Positions 58,428 to 64,000 of a stretch of DNA of 64,000 nt are shown here, in pieces. Source of the DNA: Gammaproteobacteria bacterium. GTDB taxonomy: Bacteria > Pseudomonadota > Gammaproteobacteria > UBA4575. The position numbers and the translations under genes are program-made. The notes under the pieces were generated by a model. It saw only the letters and a program-made list of their open reading frames with translations. It searched no databases and was not told the DNA's origin. The stretch covers positions 928,001 through 992,000 of the forward strand of contig CBDEUS010000001.1 in assembly GCA_965243395.1 (NCBI GenBank), written 5' to 3'. Each line of letters starts with the position of its first letter. Position 1 is the first letter of the stretch.

Positions 58428-59822
58428 TTATAAATAAATAAGATCACAAGATTTATTATTTCTTAAATATTTAACTAAGATTTTATAAGTATCTAAATCA
58501 AACATTAATTCTTCTTTATCAAAAAGACTCAACTGATCTAGTTGTGCTTCATCATGTGCTGTGCCTAAATAACACCAGTTCTCGAATATATGTATATCTG
58601 TGTAATGTCTGTTTAGCGAAACTTCTCGGATACCTATCCTTCCATCAAATGGCCATGTCTTGTTTTTTAGCGGTTGAAGAGCTTGCATCAAACGAAATTG
58701 ATGTTGCAGCAAAGGCTCTTCACCTACGCAGGCACCCTTACAGTTCTTTAACTGATATGCAAAACAGACGCCCTTCCCTTTTTCAATACCAATTAATTTT
58801 TCACATAGTTGATGTTCTTTTGCCAGTTTACGAAGTATGTCTTTTGCCTTCTTGTTAGTTTTAAACAACCCATAGTGATTTGATATAGAAGTAGGATCAA
58901 GCGAATCTGCACTAATTATTTTTGGTATTGATTCACTTTTAGAGTTATCCCACTGTATTGTAGAAAGGCTGTCGTATCTCCTGAGTCGATGGTTATATAT
59001 AGGAAGACGTTTTTTTATCAATCTTGCTTCTTGTAACAGTGCCCCCAATTCTCCTGCCGTCTCTATATGTTCAATTGCTGCGAGATTCTGACTTATTTTC
59101 ATCTCCTTGGCTGCGAGATGGTCACTTGAAAAATGTGATAAAACACGGTCTCGTATATTAATACTTTTCCCTATATATAAAGGAGCACCACGTTTATCAT
59201 AAAACATATATACTCCTGGGCTTTCTGGTAGTTCATCAATATCATCTTCATTAATACCAGCGGGCATACTAGGACGTTTAAGTAGTTTTTTGATTACATC
59301 ATCTACTTGCTCCGGTTCAAGTGTTGTATACAGTTGCTGCATAAATTCAAACAACACTCTTGCATCCCCCATTGCACGATGTCGTGCACTGCAATGCAAA
59401 CCATGCCGCTCCATGATGCTGTCGAGGTTATGTCTTTTATACTCAGGAAATAAGTTACGTGAAAGTTTTACAGTGCAAAGTACTGGTGCACGAAATGTTT
59501 TAGAACAACGCTTGAACTCATTTTTTAAAAATCCGTAATCAAAACGCGCATTGTGTGCTACAAACACACTGTCAGACAAACGCTCATAAACCTCATTATT
59601 TATTTCTTCAAAGGGTGGCAGGTCTCTAACCATTCCATCACTGATACCTGTTAGGCTTTGAATATAATCTGGAATATATGCTAGTGGATTTACTAACGTG
59701 CTCCACTCTGAAACAATCTCGCCTTCTCGCATGGAAATTATCGCAATTTCAGTAATACGATCACGATTGGCATTACCGCCAGTGGTTTCTATATCTACAA
59801 AAACGGTGTCTTTCTCAAACAT
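58428..59822 (-). CDS. DEDDh 3'-5' exonuclease (DnaQ-like) fused to GIY-YIG (Cho/UvrC-like) domain
   Basis: VDIETTG, VAHNARFD, HRAMGDA; LPESPGVY..LYIGKSINIRDRVLSHF, GELGALL. Confidence 0.9.
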   Translation of the reverse strand: MFEKDTVFVDIETTGGNANRDRITEIAIISMREGEIVSEWSTLVNPLAYIPDYIQSLTGISDGMVRDLPPFEEINNEVYERLSDSVFVAHNARFDYGFLKNEFKRCSKTFRAPVLCTVKLSRNLFPEYKRHNLDSIMERHGLHCSARHRAMGDARVLFEFMQQLYTTLEPEQVDDVIKKLLKRPSMPAGINEDDIDELPESPGVYMFYDKRGAPLYIGKSINIRDRVLSHFSSDHLAAKEMKISQNLAAIEHIETAGELGALLQEARLIKKRLPIYNHRLRRYDSLSTIQWDNSKSESIPKIISADSLDPTSISNHYGLFKTNKKAKDILRKLAKEHQLCEKLIGIEKGKGVCFAYQLKNCKGACVGEEPLLQHQFRLMQALQPLKNKTWPFDGRIGIREVSLNRHYTDIHIFENWCYLGTAHDEAQLDQLSLFDKEELMFDLDTYKILVKYLRNNKSCDLIYL

Positions 59823-60021
59823 AAATCACAGCTGAAATTTAAACCGTATAATTCTCTAATCTGGGCAGAGAAGCAAGATTCAGCAATTAAGGTATTTTAG
59901 AGCTTGGGAATTTTTGAAATTTAGTGGAATCTTACCTAGTTATTCCACATTGTTGGTATTTTTTGTCTAGTACACATAAGCTTTGCAATAGTAAATACAC
60001 TGAACACAAAAAGGAGGAATA

Positions 60022-60432
60022 ATGACACCAGAACAAAAAACATTAGTGAAAGACTCATGGGCAAAAGTTTTACCTATAAGTGAAGCAGCTGCGGAAATGT
60101 TTTATAACCGCTTATTTGAAACCTATCCTGAAGTGAAACCTTATTTTAAAGGGGATATGAAAGAACAAGGTAAAAAACTAATGCAAATGATCACACTTGC
60201 TGTAAATGGCTTGGATAACCTTGAACCCTTAATTGAACCTATAAAAGAATTAGGTAATAAGCATGTAAGTTACGGTGTGAAAGCAGAAGATTATGACAAA
60301 GTGGGTGCCACCCTACTTTGGACATTGGAACAGGGACTTCAAGCAGACTTTACCCCAGAAGTTAAAGAAGCATGGACCATTACATACACAGCTGTTGCAG
60401 ATGTAATGAAATCGGGGGCAAATTATAACTAA
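60022..60432 (+). CDS. single-domain globin (flavohemoglobin-globin-like)
   Basis: RBS AAGGAGG, LVKDSW, FYNRLFE, QGKKL, LGNKHVSYGV, VGATLLWTL. Confidence 0.92.
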   Translation: MTPEQKTLVKDSWAKVLPISEAAAEMFYNRLFETYPEVKPYFKGDMKEQGKKLMQMITLAVNGLDNLEPLIEPIKELGNKHVSYGVKAEDYDKVGATLLWTLEQGLQADFTPEVKEAWTITYTAVADVMKSGANYN

Positions 60433-60477
60433 TTGGTTGATTTAAGACGGACTAGAGAAAGGGCAATAGAAGTTTAA

Positions 60478-60553
60478 TGGAGCGGGAAACGAGGTTCGAA
60501 CTCGCGACCTCAACCTTGGCAAGGTTGCGCTCTACCAGCTGAGCTATTCCCGC
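60478..60553 (-). tRNA. tRNA-Gly (GCC)
   Basis: GCGGGAATAGCTCAGCTGGTAGAGCGCAACCTTGCCAAGGTTG...GTTCGAACCTCGTTTCCCGCTCCA. Confidence 0.97.
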
Positions 60554-60612
60554 TTTAAGACGAGCTTATTCTATTCGACCATTCAATTGAGTCAATGTGC
60601 TTAAATGGCTAA

Positions 60613-61167
60613 TTACCCAAACGCTTGAATGGCCCTCCTGAAGTATACAAACATCGACCACAGCGTAAGGGCTGCAGCAAGATATAACAGCCAAACACCA
60701 ACTTCAAACGTAGGAAATCCGAATATTGGATAGCGATATAGCAGTAAAAATAGTGAAAGCATTTGAGCCGTAGTCTTTATTTTACCCAGCATTGAAACCG
60801 AAACCGTAGATCTGTAACCCAGTTCGGACATCCATTCTCGCAGTCCGGAAACAGCAATTTCTCGGCCAATGATAATTAAAGCGGGAATAAGAATGGAAAG
60901 CTTGCCAAACTCATCCGCAATCATTACCAAAACGGTCACAACAATAAGCTTATCGGCAATGGGATCTAAAAAAGTACCCAATTTTGAAGTTTGATTAAGT
61001 TTTCGAGCCAGATAACCATCCAACCAATCCGTTAAACAAGCGAGGCCGAACAACAATGCCGCAAGACGCATACCAATTACATTGGCCGGAAAATAATACA
61101 CAAACACCAGGAGTGGTATTATTAAAATCCTTATAAATGTTAGGAGGTTAGGAATATTATATGTCAT
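60613..61167 (-). CDS. pgsA: CDP-diacylglycerol--glycerol-3-phosphate 3-phosphatidyltransferase
   Basis: NIPNLLT, TDWLDGYLAR, GTFLDPIADK, GKIKT; conserved uvrC-pgsA-tRNA-Gly order. Confidence 0.96.
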   Translation of the reverse strand: MTYNIPNLLTFIRILIIPLLVFVYYFPANVIGMRLAALLFGLACLTDWLDGYLARKLNQTSKLGTFLDPIADKLIVVTVLVMIADEFGKLSILIPALIIIGREIAVSGLREWMSELGYRSTVSVSMLGKIKTTAQMLSLFLLLYRYPIFGFPTFEVGVWLLYLAAALTLWSMFVYFRRAIQAFG

Positions 61168-61173
61168 TTTAGT

Positions 61174-63009
61174 TTAACTTCCCGTGATATGCATTTCTTC
61201 ATAAATGGCTTTTGCCAAATTCTTGCTAATCCCAGGTACTTTAGCAAGCTCTTCCTCACCTGCTTTGGAGACTCCTCGTAACCCACCAAAATACTTAAGT
61301 AAATTTTGTCTACGCTTTGGCCCTAAGCCTTCAATATTTTCTAGCGGCGAATGAAAACGCTTTTTATTTCTGCGTTTTCTATGGCTCGTAATTGCAAATC
61401 GATGTGCTTCATCACGAATCTGCTGGATTAGGTGTAAGGCTAAAGAGTTTTCTTCTAAATGAATGGTGCTTCCATCAATAAGAATCAAGGTTTCATATCC
61501 AGCACGCCTTTCAGCACCTTTCGCAACACCAATGATATGAACGCCTTCAATTTGTAGCTCTTGTAAAGCTTCTTTGGCTTTGGTGACATGCCCCTTGCCA
61601 CCATCAATAAATAGGATATCAGGCAACTTCCCTTCGCCCTTTTTTAAGCGTGTATAGCGACGAGTAAGCGCTTGATGCATTGCGGCATAATCATCACCGG
61701 GTTCAATACCTTCAATATTAAATCTACGATAATCTGATTTAATCGCACCGACCTGCTCAAATACGACACATGAAGCAACGGTAGCTTCTCCTTGTGTGTG
61801 ACTTATATCAAAACATTCCATACGTGTAGGCATAAATTCAAGTTGCAGCTCTTCTTGTAATGCTTCATATCGTTGTGCCATGCCTGCCTTAGTGGCTAAT
61901 TTCGTCTTTAGTGCAGTTACAACATTTTTTTTAGCAATTTCCAACCAACGTGCACGTTTACTTCGTGGTGAGTGCACGATTTCAATTTTTCTCCCTAATT
62001 TATTACTCAACATTTGTTTGAGCAGGTCTACATCACTAGGTTCATGATTTGTGATAATTTCTTCCGGAATACTATGCGTTAAATAATACTGTCCTAAAAA
62101 AGCAGTCAGTATTATTTGAGGTTTTATAACATCAGGTAAACTTGGAAAATAACTTTTATTACCAAGATTTACGCCAGCACGAATATTGAACACTTGGACA
62201 CATGCGGTATCTCCTTCACACTGCACTGCAACAATATCTACATTACCTGTCTCTGAGCTAACATATTGCTGTTCCGATACTTCGCGTAGCATTCCTATTT
62301 TGTCACGATATTCAGCTGCTTTTTCATAATCTAAATCCGCAGAAGCTTTATCCATGTCTGCTACAAAACGTTCGATGAGCTGATCACTATTTCCTTCCAG
62401 GAATTCAATAGCAGAATCGATATCATTTTTGTAATCTTCCTCATTTCTTAAATCTACACAGGGAGCACTACAGCGATCAATTTGATGCTGCAAGCATGGT
62501 CGGCTTCTGTGGCTGAAAAAATAGTCGTCGCATTGCCGCACTTTAAAAACTTTTTGCAAAAGACTTAATGCATTTCGTGCAGCCCCTACGCTTGTATAAG
62601 GTCCAAAATAACGGCCTTCTTTTTTACGGCTCCCACGGTAAAAGGTGATCTGGGGATATTTGTGTTTAGATGAAATGTATATATAGGGATAACTTTTATC
62701 ATCTCTCAATAAAATATTATAACGAGGACGATATTGTTTAATTAAGTTATTCTCTAGCAATAAAGCTTCTGCTTCAGTATTTGTAACCACTACTTCTACA
62801 TCAGTGGTTTGAGATAACATTCTTGCTATGCGTGCACTAGGCTGGGTCTTTGAAAAGTATGTACTAACTCGTTTTTTTAAATTTTTTGCCTTCCCTACAT
62901 AAAGAAATTTTTCATTAGCATCCAACATACGGTAGACGCCAGGGTTACTTGGTAACGACTTGATGTATTCCTTCGGGTCAAATTTTAGATTCTTATGCAG
63001 ATCTACCAT
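61174..63009 (-). CDS. uvrC: excinuclease ABC subunit C
   Basis: PGVYRM, YVGKAKNLKKRV, RDDKSYPY, ECFDISH, IRDEAHRFAI, HhH. Confidence 0.97.
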   Translation of the reverse strand: MVDLHKNLKFDPKEYIKSLPSNPGVYRMLDANEKFLYVGKAKNLKKRVSTYFSKTQPSARIARMLSQTTDVEVVVTNTEAEALLLENNLIKQYRPRYNILLRDDKSYPYIYISSKHKYPQITFYRGSRKKEGRYFGPYTSVGAARNALSLLQKVFKVRQCDDYFFSHRSRPCLQHQIDRCSAPCVDLRNEEDYKNDIDSAIEFLEGNSDQLIERFVADMDKASADLDYEKAAEYRDKIGMLREVSEQQYVSSETGNVDIVAVQCEGDTACVQVFNIRAGVNLGNKSYFPSLPDVIKPQIILTAFLGQYYLTHSIPEEIITNHEPSDVDLLKQMLSNKLGRKIEIVHSPRSKRARWLEIAKKNVVTALKTKLATKAGMAQRYEALQEELQLEFMPTRMECFDISHTQGEATVASCVVFEQVGAIKSDYRRFNIEGIEPGDDYAAMHQALTRRYTRLKKGEGKLPDILFIDGGKGHVTKAKEALQELQIEGVHIIGVAKGAERRAGYETLILIDGSTIHLEENSLALHLIQQIRDEAHRFAITSHRKRRNKKRFHSPLENIEGLGPKRRQNLLKYFGGLRGVSKAGEEELAKVPGISKNLAKAIYEEMHITGS

Positions 63010-63014
63010 AGTTA

Positions 63015-63665
63015 TTAGTGTGAATTTATAAGCTCACTTACAATTTTAAATATTTGTTCAAACTGTTTAGTCGTTAAACGCTTTGTTTGCGTGTTGTAGC
63101 GGCTACAATGATATGAATCGATTAATGTAAGTTGGTCTGTGATGGCATGCTTGTTTTCATGGCCGAATGGAAACTGGCTTAGCTTTAAATCGAATGAACG
63201 AACCACCGAATCATGAGCAATTTTACCAAGCGCTAAAATTACTGTGCCTGGCTGCAGAGCTTTTAATTCATTTTTCAAATAAGTATTGCAAGTTTTGATT
63301 TCTTCAGTCGTTGGTTTATTTTCAGGAGGAACACATTTCACTGCATTTGTAATTCTGCAATTTATCAACTTTAGATTATCTTCAGCACTGGTAGATTTTG
63401 GCGCACTGGATAATTTAAATTTATACAAAGTTTCATAAAGTAGTACTCCTGCATAATCACCAGTGAATGGCCTGCCTGTTGCATTAGCGCCATGCAAACC
63501 GGGCGCTAAACCCACAATCAGAATCCTTGCATCAGGATCACCAAATGCGGGTACAGGTTTGCAAAAATAATCAGGAAATTTTTGTTTAGAAGAGCTTAAG
63601 AAATCAGCAAGTCGAGGACATTTCTTGCAGTTTGCCTTGTAGAGAGATGTCGCCATAGAAATCAA
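63015..63665 (-). CDS. family 5 uracil-DNA glycosylase (UdgB-like)
   Basis: CKKCPRL, VGLAPGLHGANATGRPFTGD, AVKCVPPENKP, SYHCSRYNTQT. Confidence 0.9.
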   Translation of the reverse strand: MISMATSLYKANCKKCPRLADFLSSSKQKFPDYFCKPVPAFGDPDARILIVGLAPGLHGANATGRPFTGDYAGVLLYETLYKFKLSSAPKSTSAEDNLKLINCRITNAVKCVPPENKPTTEEIKTCNTYLKNELKALQPGTVILALGKIAHDSVVRSFDLKLSQFPFGHENKHAITDQLTLIDSYHCSRYNTQTKRLTTKQFEQIFKIVSELINSH

Positions 63666-63682
63666 ATATGATTATATGGCAA

Positions 63683-64000
63683 CTAATATTTCAATAATGC
63701 TGAACCCCAGGTAAAACCACCCCCAAATGCTTCAAGCATTATCGTTTCACCCTTTTTAATTCGACCATCACGAACCGCATTATCTAGAGCTAATGGAATG
63801 GAGGCGGCAGAGGTATTTCCATGTTCGGATACTGTCACTACTACTTGTTCCATTGACATTTTCAACTTGCGAGCAGTTGCTTCGATGATTCTATTATTAG
63901 CTTGGTGCGGAACAAGCCAATCAATATCACTTTTTTTAATATTATTAGCCTCTAAAGTTTCGTCTACAATTCTGCCTAGAGTATTCACGGCCATTTTAAA
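63683..64000 (-). CDS. fabH: beta-ketoacyl-ACP synthase III, C-terminal part
   Basis: [34 protein letters not shown]; 5' end outside window. Confidence 0.93.
   Translation of the reverse strand, partial: FKMAVNTLGRIVDETLEANNIKKSDIDWLVPHQANNRIIEATARKLKMSMEQVVVTVSEHGNTSAASIPLALDNAVRDGRIKKGETIMLEAFGGGFTWGSALLKY

Overview
Low-GC (visually about 35-38%) gammaproteobacterial chromosome segment, probably from a sulfur-oxidising organism and probably spanning the replication terminus (near-consensus dif site at 31290-31317). Contents from left to right: (1) a type II secretion operon gspC-L on the minus strand; (2) tRNA-Glu; (3) a 10-kb sulfur-metabolism cluster (DsrE2-like protein, DUF3365 cytochrome, NapC/NirT-fccA-fccB, YeeE/YedE transporter, cytochrome c, soxYZ) with four adjacent exported, very methionine-rich repeat proteins at its centre; (4) a Pil-Chp-like chemosensory operon; (5) a haloacid dehalogenase homologue lacking its nucleophile, a fifth Met-rich repeat gene and dif; (6) housekeeping and accessory genes (FadL, TIGR04283/04282 glycosyltransferases, dusA, M17 peptidase, ABC-2 transporter, ExeA-FHA, P450, fur, FMN reductase, ribBA); (7) the normally contiguous tRNA Gly-Cys-Leu operon split by about 13 kb of accessory genes (IorAB-type molybdoenzyme, two photolyases, DEDD/GIY-YIG nuclease, globin); (8) pgsA-uvrC-UDG-fabH. 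The best candidate for an undescribed system is the Met-rich periplasmic protein family with a shared [D/N]P-x-x-aromatic motif embedded among sulfur-oxidation genes, possibly a new type of sulfur-globule coat or sulfur-handling scaffold. All family assignments are by eye from motifs; no database searches were run.
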